DNA from: Gammaproteobacteria bacterium
GTDB taxonomy: Bacteria; Pseudomonadota; Gammaproteobacteria; Arenicellales; CAJQKF01
DNA length: 64,000 nt
Assembly (NCBI GenBank): GCA_030429665.1
Contig: JAUIEZ010000005.1
Span: 8,534 to 72,533, forward strand
Reading direction: 5' to 3'
The translations under genes and the position numbers were made by a program. The notes beneath the pieces are model-generated. The model was not told the DNA's origin, did not search any database, and saw only the letters and a program-made list of their open reading frames with translations. The stretch's first letter is position 1, and each line of letters opens with the position of its first letter. Below, in pieces: positions 9,566-18,143 of this stretch.

Positions 9566-10357
9566 GTGAAATCCGGCAAAACCGGGGGCGCGGCGCGCGG
9601 AGGCTCCATCCAGTCTCTCGACCGCGCCTTTTCCATTCTCGAAGAAATCGCCCGCCACGAGCACGGTCTCGGGCTGGTCGAGCTCAGCCGCGCCGTGGAC
9701 CTGCATACCAGCACCGTGCACCACCTGTGCAAGACGCTGTTGAGCCTCGGATACCTGAGTCAAAGCGAGTCCGGCAAGCGCTACCGGATCGGGCGCGGCG
9801 TCTTCGCCCTGGCCTCGTCCTGCGCCGACGAGATCGAACTGGCGAGAACGGCCCGTCCATTCCTCGCCGAGCTGTCCAAGAGCACCGGCGAGAGCGCCCA
9901 TTTCGCGGTTTGGGCCGGCAACCAGGTGCTGATCCTGGAGCGCGCCTACAGCGACAGCGCGTTCCAGATGAACGAGCGCGCCGGCATGCTGCGACCGGCG
10001 CACTGCACGGCGATCGGGAAGGCACTGCTGTCGGGGCTGGAACCGGCCGCGCTCGACGAACGGCTGGACGAGATGACGCTCACGCCACACGCGCCGAACA
10101 CGATCGTCGACAAGGAACAATTGCGCCGGGAAATAGAAAGAATCCGCGCCGACGGCGTCGCCTACGACGATTCGGAATACAACGAGGAAGCCCGCTGCAT
10201 CGCAGCGCCGGTGCGCGACTTCCGGAACCGCGTGGTCGGCGCTATCGGGTTTTCCGGACCGGTATGGCGCGTGTCGTTGAGCGACCTGAACAAGTACAGC
10301 GCCCTGACACGCGAGAAGTCCCGATCACTGTCGCTCGCGCTGGGCTGGCGCGAGTAG
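9566..10357 (+). CDS. IclR-family transcriptional regulator
   Basis: IQSLDRAFSILE HTH start, TGESAH, HCTAIGKALL, GVAYDDSE, CIAAPV. Confidence 0.95.
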   Translation: MKSGKTGGAARGGSIQSLDRAFSILEEIARHEHGLGLVELSRAVDLHTSTVHHLCKTLLSLGYLSQSESGKRYRIGRGVFALASSCADEIELARTARPFLAELSKSTGESAHFAVWAGNQVLILERAYSDSAFQMNERAGMLRPAHCTAIGKALLSGLEPAALDERLDEMTLTPHAPNTIVDKEQLRREIERIRADGVAYDDSEYNEEARCIAAPVRDFRNRVVGAIGFSGPVWRVSLSDLNKYSALTREKSRSLSLALGWRE

Positions 10358-11668
10358 GCCCGAACCGCGATCGCGCCTGTGTACCGGCGCGCCCATCGAG
10401 TACACCCGTTGCACGGCACGGTCGTCACCGAGCATCAAGGTGGCGAAGAGCAGTTCGTCGATGCCGTCGCAATGATCGGCGCGGTGGGCCATGGCGGGCG
10501 TCGCGCGCGGATCGAGCACCACGAAGTCGGCCTCCTTTCCCGTTTCGAAGCTGCCGATCACGTCGTCGAGCCCGAGCGCCCGCGCGCCGCCGAGGGTTGC
10601 GAGGTATAACGCGCGCGCCGGGTCGAGGTTCTGACCCTGCAACTGGAGCACCTTGTAGGCCTCGTTGACGGTGCGCAGCAGCGAGAAGCTGTCGCCGCCG
10701 CCGACATCGGTGCCCATGCCCACCTTCACGCCGTGGCGGTCGGCCCCGGCGAGGTCGAACAGGCCGCTGCCGATGAATAGGTTGGAGCAGGGACAAAAGG
10801 CCACGGCGCTGCCGGTGTCGGCAAGACGACCCCATTCGCGGTCGGCGAGATGCAGGCCGTGGGCGAACACCGAGTGCGCGCCGAGCAGGCCGTGGTGGTC
10901 GTAGACATCCACGTAATCGAGTCGATCCGGAAACAGCCGCTTCACCCACGCGCACTCTTCCCGGTTCTCCGACAGGTGGGTCTGCAGGCGAACGCCGGGA
11001 TGTTCGGCGAGCAGGCGACCGGCGACGGCGAGTTGCTCGTCCGACGAGGTCGGCGCGAAGCGCGGCGTCACCGCGTAGAGCAGCCGCCCGCGGCCGTGCC
11101 AGCGTTCGATGAGGACGGCGCTGTCGTGGTAGGACGATTCCGCCGTGTCCAGCAGGTAATCGGGCGCATGGCGGTCCATCATCACCTTGCCGCAGAGCAT
11201 GCGCAGTCCGCGGGCCGAGGCGGCCTCGAAGAAGGCGTCCACCGACTGCGGATGCACGCTGCCGAACACCAGCGCGGTGGTGGTGCCGTTGCGCAGCAGT
11301 TCGTCGAGAAACAACTCGGCCGCGTCGCGCGCCCGCCCTTTATCCCCGAAACGGCCCTCGGCCGGAAACGTGTAGCGCTCCAGCCATTCGAGCAGTTGCG
11401 TGCCGTACGCGGCGACGATACCGCTTTGCGGGTAATGAATGTGGGTGTCGACGAACCCGGGCACGATGAGCGCGTCGCCGTGATCGACGATCTTGGTGGC
11501 GCCCTCCAGGGCATCGAGCACCGACGCGGCATCGCCCGCCGCCTCCACCCGGCCTTCGCGGTCCACCAGCAGCGCGCCGTCGGCAAAATACTCGAGCTTG
11601 CCACCCGCCGCCGGATCCCCGGTCAGGTGCAGGACGCCGCCGCGGTGCGCGGCGCGTGGGTTGGCCAT
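10325..11668 (-). CDS. guaD: Guanine deaminase
   Basis: PGFVDTHIHYPQ, LLEWLERYTFP, YAVTPRFAPTS, QTHLSEN, GTDVGGG; start placed at ATG 11668. Confidence 0.95.
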   Translation of the reverse strand: MANPRAAHRGGVLHLTGDPAAGGKLEYFADGALLVDREGRVEAAGDAASVLDALEGATKIVDHGDALIVPGFVDTHIHYPQSGIVAAYGTQLLEWLERYTFPAEGRFGDKGRARDAAELFLDELLRNGTTTALVFGSVHPQSVDAFFEAASARGLRMLCGKVMMDRHAPDYLLDTAESSYHDSAVLIERWHGRGRLLYAVTPRFAPTSSDEQLAVAGRLLAEHPGVRLQTHLSENREECAWVKRLFPDRLDYVDVYDHHGLLGAHSVFAHGLHLADREWGRLADTGSAVAFCPCSNLFIGSGLFDLAGADRHGVKVGMGTDVGGGDSFSLLRTVNEAYKVLQLQGQNLDPARALYLATLGGARALGLDDVIGSFETGKEADFVVLDPRATPAMAHRADHCDGIDELLFATLMLGDDRAVQRVYSMGAPVHRRDRGSGLLAPAQRERQ

Positions 11669-11675
11669 GACGGGG

Positions 11676-12017
11676 TCAGGATCCTCGATAGGTGGAGTAG
11701 CCGTAGGGCGAGAGCAGCAGCGGGATGTGGTAGTGCTGGCCGTCGCCGTCGACATTGAACACCACGTCCACCCATGGATAGAAGTGCTTGTGGCCGCGGT
11801 TACGGAAATAGCCGCTCACCTCGAAGCGCATGCGGTAGGTGCCGTCGTCGAGCACCGCGCCGGCATCCATCAGGTCGCTGATGCGGCCGTCGCCGTCGGT
11901 GGCGCCGTGGGCGATGACCTCGTCGCGCTCGTCCACGACGCGCGACAGCGTCACCTTCACGCCCTCGGCCGGACAGCCGCGCGCGGTATCGAGGATATGG
12001 GTGGTGATCTGGCTCAT
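11676..12017 (-). CDS. uraH: 5-hydroxyisourate hydrolase (transthyretin-like)
   Basis: ITTHILDTARG, HYHIPLLLSPYGYSTYRGS C-terminal signature. Confidence 0.97.
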   Translation of the reverse strand: MSQITTHILDTARGCPAEGVKVTLSRVVDERDEVIAHGATDGDGRISDLMDAGAVLDDGTYRMRFEVSGYFRNRGHKHFYPWVDVVFNVDGDGQHYHIPLLLSPYGYSTYRGS

Positions 12018-12063
12018 GGTGCGGCTCTCCGTCGTTTCACGCGCGATGCCGGGTGCGCGGGCG

Positions 12064-12567
12064 TCACCCCAGCATCTTCTCGAGACGCAGCAGCGTGATC
12101 TTCAGTTGTTCCGCGGCCGCGTTGCGCATTTCCTCTTCGCGACTATTGTTTATGCGCGACAGCAATAGCGCAAGCATCTCTTCCGCGCTCTTGCCACTGG
12201 CGAAGACGATGAAGATGAACCCGAATCGTTTTTCGTACTCGGCGTTGAGTCGCGCCAGCGCCTCGAGCGTGGCGGCGTCGGCGCCGTTCACCGCGCCCTG
12301 CTCGTTGCCGGCCATGGCCTTGGTGGCGGCGTATTTCTCGCGCAGGGAGTCGATGTCGCCGATTTTCGGATGGGCCGCGAACGCTTCCAGCCAGTCGGCC
12401 TCGCCGGTTGCGGCCCACGCCGAGCGGGCGCTCTCGAAAAGATCCCCGGGCGAGGCAAACGGCCGTCGCGCCAGCATGCCGTCGACCCAGCGCGTCGACG
12501 CGCAACAATGACCGAGCCGTTCCGTCGCGGCACCGTCATCCAGCGCATTGAACGCCGCCAGTCTCAA
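12064..12567 (-). CDS. uraD: OHCU decarboxylase
   Basis: RRPF, AFAAHPKIG, EQ, LNAEYEKRFGFIFIV, EQLKITLLRL. Confidence 0.95.
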   Translation of the reverse strand: MRLAAFNALDDGAATERLGHCCASTRWVDGMLARRPFASPGDLFESARSAWAATGEADWLEAFAAHPKIGDIDSLREKYAATKAMAGNEQGAVNGADAATLEALARLNAEYEKRFGFIFIVFASGKSAEEMLALLLSRINNSREEEMRNAAAEQLKITLLRLEKMLG

Positions 12568-13373
12568 CGCCGCACCAGTTCCAGGGCCGCCGGCGGATGT
12601 GCCGCGCCGTGCAATCGATCCCGCCGCCGCATCAGGTCCGCGGCCACCGACACCGCGATCTCCATCGGTGCCTTGCCCCCCGTATAGGGCAACCCGATGG
12701 GACAGTGCAGCCGATCGAGTTCCTCCGCGGTGAAACCTCGCTCGGCCAGCCGCTTGCCGAACCGCGCGGCCTTGGAACGCGAGCCGATCAGGCCGAGGTA
12801 GTCAAAATCGCCGCGCGAGAGCACCGCGTCGCAGATCTCGAGATCCAGGGCGTGATCGTGGGTCATCACCAGGTGCCAGGCGCCGGCCGGGGCTTCGGCG
12901 ACCTCGCCCGCCGAGGCCCGGGTGCGCACGACGGTGACGTTGTCGGGGACCTTGTCGGGAAACATGTCGTCACGCTCGTCGATCCAGCGCACCAGGCAGT
13001 CTATATCGCCGAGCACCTTGACCAGCGCCTTTGCCACGTGTCCCGCGCCGTGCAGCTCGACGCGCATCCGGCAGGCCTCGATGCGCTCGAGCAGCACGCG
13101 AACGTAACCGCCGCAGCACTGGCCCAGCTTCGGCCCTAGCGGAAAATCCTCCAACCGCTTGCGGGCGCCCGGCTCGGCCAGCAGCTCCCGCGCCATGTCG
13201 ACGGCGCGATGCTCGAGTTCGCCGCCGCCGATGGTGTCGTAGAGCGCCTCCTTGGTGACCACCATCTTGCCGTCGTCGTCGCGAGGCGACGAACCACGGG
13301 TCTCGACCAGGGTAACGAGCACGAACGACCGGCCGGCCGCGTGCAGGTCTGCCACCGCGCGCTGCCAGCGCAC
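12564..13373 (-). CDS. xdhC: Xanthine dehydrogenase accessory protein XdhC
   Basis: GSSPR, TIGGGELE, LGQCCGG, GAGHVA, VMTHDHALD, GLIGSRSK, CPIG. Start is GTG at 13373 or 13385, next to the xdhB stop. Confidence 0.93.
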   Translation of the reverse strand: MRWQRAVADLHAAGRSFVLVTLVETRGSSPRDDDGKMVVTKEALYDTIGGGELEHRAVDMARELLAEPGARKRLEDFPLGPKLGQCCGGYVRVLLERIEACRMRVELHGAGHVAKALVKVLGDIDCLVRWIDERDDMFPDKVPDNVTVVRTRASAGEVAEAPAGAWHLVMTHDHALDLEICDAVLSRGDFDYLGLIGSRSKAARFGKRLAERGFTAEELDRLHCPIGLPYTGGKAPMEIAVSVAADLMRRRDRLHGAAHPPAALELVRR

Positions 13374-13374
13374 G

Positions 13375-15720
13375 CTACGATCCACGCGCGGCCTCCCGGG
13401 AGCGAATCTCCTCGATCGCGGCGAGCACGTACTCGCAGGTTGCCGGCGCGTCGAGGCGCGGCGCCAGCCGGTAGTCGACCAGCGACGACACCGCGTCCCG
13501 AATGGCACACCAGGCGCTGATGGCGAGCATCAGCGGCGGTTCGCCCACTGCCTTGGAGTGGTATATCGTCTCCTCGCGGTTCGGCACCCCCTCCAGCAGG
13601 GAGACGTTGAAGTGCTCGGGCACGTCGGCCACCGCCGGGATCTTGTAGTTGGCCGGCGCATTGCTGAGCAGGCGACCCGACGCGTCCCACTTCAGTTCCT
13701 CGGTGGTAAGCCAGCCCAATCCTTGCACGAAGCCGCCCTCGATCTGGCCGATATCGACGGCCGGGTTGATGGAATTGCCGACGTCGTGAAGGATGTCGAC
13801 CGCAAGCAGCTTGTACTCGCCCGTGAGAATGTCGACGACCACCTCGCTGACTGCAGCGCCGTTGGCGAAGTAGAAGAACGGCCGGCCGCGGCCGGTGTCG
13901 CGGTCGTAGTGGATCGCGGGCGTCTTGTAGAAGCCGGTCGCCGAAAGCTGTACCCGGGCCAGCCAGGCGTCGCGGGCGGTATCGGCGAAGGAGGCGTCGT
14001 AGTCGCGACAACGCACGCGGCCATCCGCGAACACCACCTCGCCGGCGTCGGCGTACTGGCGGTTGGCGACGAAGGCCGCGATTCGTTCGCGGATGGCGCG
14101 CGCCGCGTTGCGCGCGGCCATGCCGTTCAGGTCGGTGCCCGACGAAGCTGCGGTGGGCGCCGTGTTCGGCACCTTGTCGGTGCGCGTGGCCGAAACGCCC
14201 ACGGCGGAGACGTCGACGCCGAACTCGTCGGCGACAATTTGCCGGACCTTGGTGAACAGTCCCTGCCCCATCTCCGTGCCGCCGTGGTTGAGGTGCACGG
14301 TGCCGTCGGTGTAGACGTGTACCAGCGCACCGGCCTGGTTGAGGTGGGTCACGGTGAAGGAAATGCCGAACTTGACCGGCGTCAGGGCGATGCCACGGCG
14401 CAGCACGCCGCCGGCGGCGTTGAATGTCGCGATCTCCTCGCGGCGCTCGCGGTAGCGCGCGTCGCGCTCCAGGCGATCGATGATCTCCGGCACCGTGAAG
14501 TGGGTTACCTCCTGGTGGTAGGGCGTGAGCTGCCCGGCGTCGCCCCGGTACAGGTTGCGCTTGCGAACGTCCAGCGGATCGAGGCCGGTGGCGCGCGCGA
14601 TCTCGTCGATGACCAATTCCATGACGATCATGCCCTGGGGACCGCCGAAGCCGCGAAACGCGGTGTTGGATACCGTGTGAGTGCGCCAGCGGTGTCCTTC
14701 CACGTGCACGTTCGGCAAGTAGTAGGCGTTGTCGCAATGAAACATGGCGCGGTCGACGATGGCGTCGGACAGGTCCGGCGAGCAGCCGCAGCGTCCCGAC
14801 AGGTCGTAGTCGATGCCGAGAATGCGCCCGTCGTCGTCGAAGCCGACGTCGTAACGGTTCAGGAAGTCGTGGCGCTTGCCGGTCATCACCATGTCGTCGG
14901 CCCGAGGCAGGCGGCACTTGGCGGGCCGGCCGGTATGTCGCGCCACCAGCGCCGCGAGGCAGGCCCACGGATTGGCGTGGGTCTCCTTGCCGCCGAAGCC
15001 GCCGCCCATGCGCCTCACCTCGGCGGTCACCGCCTGCATCGGCAGGCCGAGCACCTCGGCGACCAGCTTTTGCACCTCGGTGGGGTTCTGGTTGGAAGTC
15101 ACCACGTGCATGCCGCCGTCGTCGCGCGGCACGGCCAGCGACGCCTGCCCTTCCAGGTAGAAATGCTCCTGCCCGCCGACGCGCATCGAGCCGGTGACGC
15201 GGCGCGGCGCGGCGGTAATGGCGGCGGCCGGGTCGCCCCGATGCATGACGTGGGGCGGACGCACGGTAATGCCGGCTTCGATGGCCTGCGCCACGTCGAC
15301 CGCCGGCGCTTCCTCGTCGTACTCGACGACCGCCAGGGTGGCGGCGCGACGCGCCGACAGCAAGTCGGTGGCGGCGACCACGAACAACGGCTGTCCATGG
15401 TGCTGGATCTCGTCGGCCACCAGCAGCGGATCGCCCGGGAATACCGGTCCGATGTCCAGGTGGCCGGGCACGTCGGCCGCGGTAAGCACGCACACCACGC
15501 CGGGTGCCGCGCGTACCGCGTCCAGGTTCAGGGAGCGCACCCGTCCGCGCGCGATGTCGGTTCGGCCTATCGCGAGGTGCAGCATGCCATCGTACTCGGG
15601 CAGGTCGTCCACGTAGTGGGCGCGGCCGGTGACATGGCCCACCGCGCTGTCGTGGGGCAGCGCCTCGCCGGCGGCGTGCGCGCGCGCGTCGATTCTCTCG
15701 ATGCCGTTGTCAAATTTCAT
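13375..15720 (-). CDS. xdhB: Xanthine dehydrogenase molybdopterin-binding subunit
   Basis: HDSA..HVTG, GGQEHFYLEGQ, RRMGGGFGGKE, AFRGFGGPQG, GGTEMGQG, GQIEGGFVQG, SKAVGEPP. Confidence 0.97.
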   Translation of the reverse strand: MKFDNGIERIDARAHAAGEALPHDSAVGHVTGRAHYVDDLPEYDGMLHLAIGRTDIARGRVRSLNLDAVRAAPGVVCVLTAADVPGHLDIGPVFPGDPLLVADEIQHHGQPLFVVAATDLLSARRAATLAVVEYDEEAPAVDVAQAIEAGITVRPPHVMHRGDPAAAITAAPRRVTGSMRVGGQEHFYLEGQASLAVPRDDGGMHVVTSNQNPTEVQKLVAEVLGLPMQAVTAEVRRMGGGFGGKETHANPWACLAALVARHTGRPAKCRLPRADDMVMTGKRHDFLNRYDVGFDDDGRILGIDYDLSGRCGCSPDLSDAIVDRAMFHCDNAYYLPNVHVEGHRWRTHTVSNTAFRGFGGPQGMIVMELVIDEIARATGLDPLDVRKRNLYRGDAGQLTPYHQEVTHFTVPEIIDRLERDARYRERREEIATFNAAGGVLRRGIALTPVKFGISFTVTHLNQAGALVHVYTDGTVHLNHGGTEMGQGLFTKVRQIVADEFGVDVSAVGVSATRTDKVPNTAPTAASSGTDLNGMAARNAARAIRERIAAFVANRQYADAGEVVFADGRVRCRDYDASFADTARDAWLARVQLSATGFYKTPAIHYDRDTGRGRPFFYFANGAAVSEVVVDILTGEYKLLAVDILHDVGNSINPAVDIGQIEGGFVQGLGWLTTEELKWDASGRLLSNAPANYKIPAVADVPEHFNVSLLEGVPNREETIYHSKAVGEPPLMLAISAWCAIRDAVSSLVDYRLAPRLDAPATCEYVLAAIEEIRSREAARGS

Positions 15721-17146
15721 AGCGGCTCACCCGGTGCACAGGTTGGTCGGCGGCCAGTTCCAGGCAGGCGCGTTCGATCATGCCGCCGGCGACCGCCAGG
15801 CGGTATCGGGCCGACGCGCGGACATCGTCGATGGGTTGGAAGTCCGCGCCGATGGCGGCGCGCCCCGCCGCCGCCGCCTCGGGGGGCGCCTTGCCGGCCA
15901 TGGCGGACTCGACGTTCGCGGCGCGCTTCGGCGTCGCCGCCATGCCGCCGAAGGCCACCGAGACGTTCGAGATCAGGCCGCCTTCGTACGTGAACAGGAA
16001 CACGCCCAGCGCGGTGGAGATGTCGTCGTCGAAACGCTTGGAGTTCTTGCAGGCGACGAGCCGCTTGCCCGGCCGCGCGCGCGGGATCTCCACCGATTCG
16101 ATGAACTCGCCGCACTCGAGAACCGTTTGCCGGTAACCGGTGAAAAAGTCCTCGACGGCCAGGCGGCGCGTCGAATCGCCGCGGCGCAGGTTCACGCTCG
16201 CGTCGAGCGCGATCAACACCGGTGGCGTGTCGCCTATCGGCGAGGCGTTGGCGATGTTGCCGCCGAGGCTGCCCTGGTTGCGAATGGGCACCGATCCCAG
16301 GCGCAGGAGAACTTCCGCGAGGTCCGGGTACTCCGCCGTCAACACGTCGAAGAAACGGCTGTATCGGGCGGCGGCGCCGATCACCAGCGCGTCGTCCGCT
16401 ACCTCGATGCGATTCAGCTCGGCGACGTTGCCCAGGTAGACGAGTCGCGGCAGTTGCTTGAGTTGCTGAGTCGTCTCCAGCGCCAGGTCGGTGGCGCCGC
16501 AAAACGGCCGCGCCTCCGGGTGTTCCGCGAGCAGCCGGGCGACGGCATCGACGTCCGCCGGGGCGTGGAACCCACCGGCGGGCAGCTCGCAGTCCGCCGA
16601 GGGCGCGATTTCGGACAGGCGCCTGACAATCTCGCCGCGGGATTCGCTGAACCGGTCCGGCGCCGGGTCGGCGCAGGCGGCGAGGCCGGCGTCGACGATG
16701 GGGCGATACCCGGTGCAACGGCACAGGTTGCCGGCCAGCGCGTTATGCACGGCCTCGCGGTCGGCCGGCGCGCCGCGCTTGTAGAGCGCGAACAGGGACA
16801 TGACGAAGCCGGGCGTGCAGAAACCGCACTGCGAACCGTGGCAATCGACCATGGCCCGCTGCACCGGGTGCAGGACGTCGCCGTCGGCGAGGTCCTCCAC
16901 GGTAATCACCTGCCGGCCATGCACCGCGCCAAGGTAAGTGATGCAACTGTTGACGGTCTCGTAGGCGAGCCCGCCGTTGCCGTCCGGCGCGGCGAGCACC
17001 ACGGTGCAGGCGCCGCAATCGCCCGAGGCGCACCCTTCCTTCGTGCCGGTGCGTCGACGGTCCTCGCGCAGGAAATCCAGCAGGGTACGATCGGCGCGAA
17101 AGGCGTCGAGCCGGACGGTTTCGTCATTGAGGAGAAATTCGATCAT
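15710..17146 (-). CDS. xdhA: Xanthine dehydrogenase small subunit (2x[2Fe-2S] + FAD)
   Basis: [55 protein letters not shown]. Confidence 0.97.
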   Translation of the reverse strand: MIEFLLNDETVRLDAFRADRTLLDFLREDRRRTGTKEGCASGDCGACTVVLAAPDGNGGLAYETVNSCITYLGAVHGRQVITVEDLADGDVLHPVQRAMVDCHGSQCGFCTPGFVMSLFALYKRGAPADREAVHNALAGNLCRCTGYRPIVDAGLAACADPAPDRFSESRGEIVRRLSEIAPSADCELPAGGFHAPADVDAVARLLAEHPEARPFCGATDLALETTQQLKQLPRLVYLGNVAELNRIEVADDALVIGAAARYSRFFDVLTAEYPDLAEVLLRLGSVPIRNQGSLGGNIANASPIGDTPPVLIALDASVNLRRGDSTRRLAVEDFFTGYRQTVLECGEFIESVEIPRARPGKRLVACKNSKRFDDDISTALGVFLFTYEGGLISNVSVAFGGMAATPKRAANVESAMAGKAPPEAAAAGRAAIGADFQPIDDVRASARYRLAVAGGMIERACLELAADQPVHRVSRYEI

Positions 17147-17209
17147 GGAGTCCCACCCGGTTGGCGCGCGCGGGCCGGCCGAGACGTCGTCGGCCGGTTC
17201 GAGAATCCC

Positions 17210-17239
17210 AGCTTATCCATTTTTTGACCATTCGGTCAA
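17210..17239 (-). promoter_or_regulatory. RutR-type operator overlapping the putative sigma70 promoter of xdhA
   Basis: TTGACCATTCGGTCAA at 17224-17239 fits the RutR consensus TTGACC-N4-GGTCAA. On the minus strand it reads TTGACC-N18-TAAGCT (-35/-10). Confidence 0.8.
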
Positions 17240-17286
17240 GTTTTCGCCGCGCGGCGCGGCGTCGTCGAAACCGACCCGCGAACGGC

Positions 17287-17790
17287 TCAGCAGATGGTGC
17301 ACGGCGCGCCGTGCCGCGCGAGCAGGCGGCCCATTCGCGCGTCGCCGCCCTGGGCGTGGTCGAGCGCGGTGAACCCGAAATCGTCGATTGCGCCCGGATC
17401 GACGCCGTGCGCCAACAAGAGCTTCGCCACCACGACGTGACGCGTCGGCGCCACCACGTGCAGCAGCGTGGCGCCGTTGGCGTCGCGTTGCATGACGCTG
17501 GCGCCGTGATCCAGGAGCAGCGCCGTCACCTCGAGATGCCCCTGCTCCACCGCGCGGCGAAGCGGCGAGAACCCGTACCGGTCCGGCGCGTCGACGTTCG
17601 CGCCGCGATCGAGCAACAACTTCGCGACCGCCGCGTGGCCGGCGTAGGCGGCCGCGTGCAGCGGTGTCTGGCCGCTGACCGGCCCGCGCGCGAGCCGGTC
17701 GTCGACGTCGAAACCGGCATCCAGCAGGTCCCGAACGGTATCCTCGAGACCGGACAGGGCCGCCGCGTGCAGCGGGTTGCTGTCCGTCAT
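17287..17790 (-). CDS. Ankyrin-repeat protein (about 4-5 repeats) ending in CTIC
   Basis: NPLHAAA, GQTPLHAAAYAGH...LLLDRGANVD, GFSPLRRAV, GATLLHVV, GFTALDHA. Start ATG 17790; upstream alternatives run to 17841. Confidence 0.88.
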   Translation of the reverse strand: MTDSNPLHAAALSGLEDTVRDLLDAGFDVDDRLARGPVSGQTPLHAAAYAGHAAVAKLLLDRGANVDAPDRYGFSPLRRAVEQGHLEVTALLLDHGASVMQRDANGATLLHVVAPTRHVVVAKLLLAHGVDPGAIDDFGFTALDHAQGGDARMGRLLARHGAPCTIC

Positions 17791-17974
17791 TTGGCTTCCG
17801 TTGCGCGCCATCGCGGGTAATATCGGCATTTTCATCGTCACGGCCCCTGCACTGCGAGCACTGTGTGTGCCAGTATACGCTCAGCGAAAGTCCGTGCACC
17901 CGCGCCGCCACCCGCCATCGAGCCTGCGGCGGCGCGGATCCGCGTTCGAACGAACCCGAAAACGAGCCAAGTTT

Positions 17975-18004
17975 TTGACTATTTGGTCAACTTTTGCACA
18001 TAAT
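17975..18004 (+). promoter_or_regulatory. RutR-type operator overlapping the putative sigma70 promoter of the purine ABC operon
   Basis: TTGACTATTTGGTCAA at 17975-17990; TTGACT-N18-CATAAT. Confidence 0.8.
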
Positions 18005-18143
18005 GCCGCGTCCACCCTGGCGGTGACCGGTATCGGAGCACGGTTGCGCGCGGTGATTCCGGTGGCAGTTTGCCGTGTCAAACCGGCATTCGACAGACCA
18101 CCAAGAACAAGATCGGCAAACATCGGTCGAGGAGGAGCGCGCG

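Noticed and set aside
13136-15493. 785-aa Arg-rich minus-strand ORF overlapping xdhB
   Set aside because: Alternative frame of xdhB with R/G/P-rich composition typical of off-frame GC-rich sequence; xdhB is intact, so no frameshift is needed.
13252-15993. 913-aa plus-strand ORF, and similar long ORFs at 15629-17227, 18078-19781, 4265-5530 and 28276-29646
   Set aside because: Antisense shadows of well-supported genes; expected in high-GC DNA and lacking recognisable motifs.
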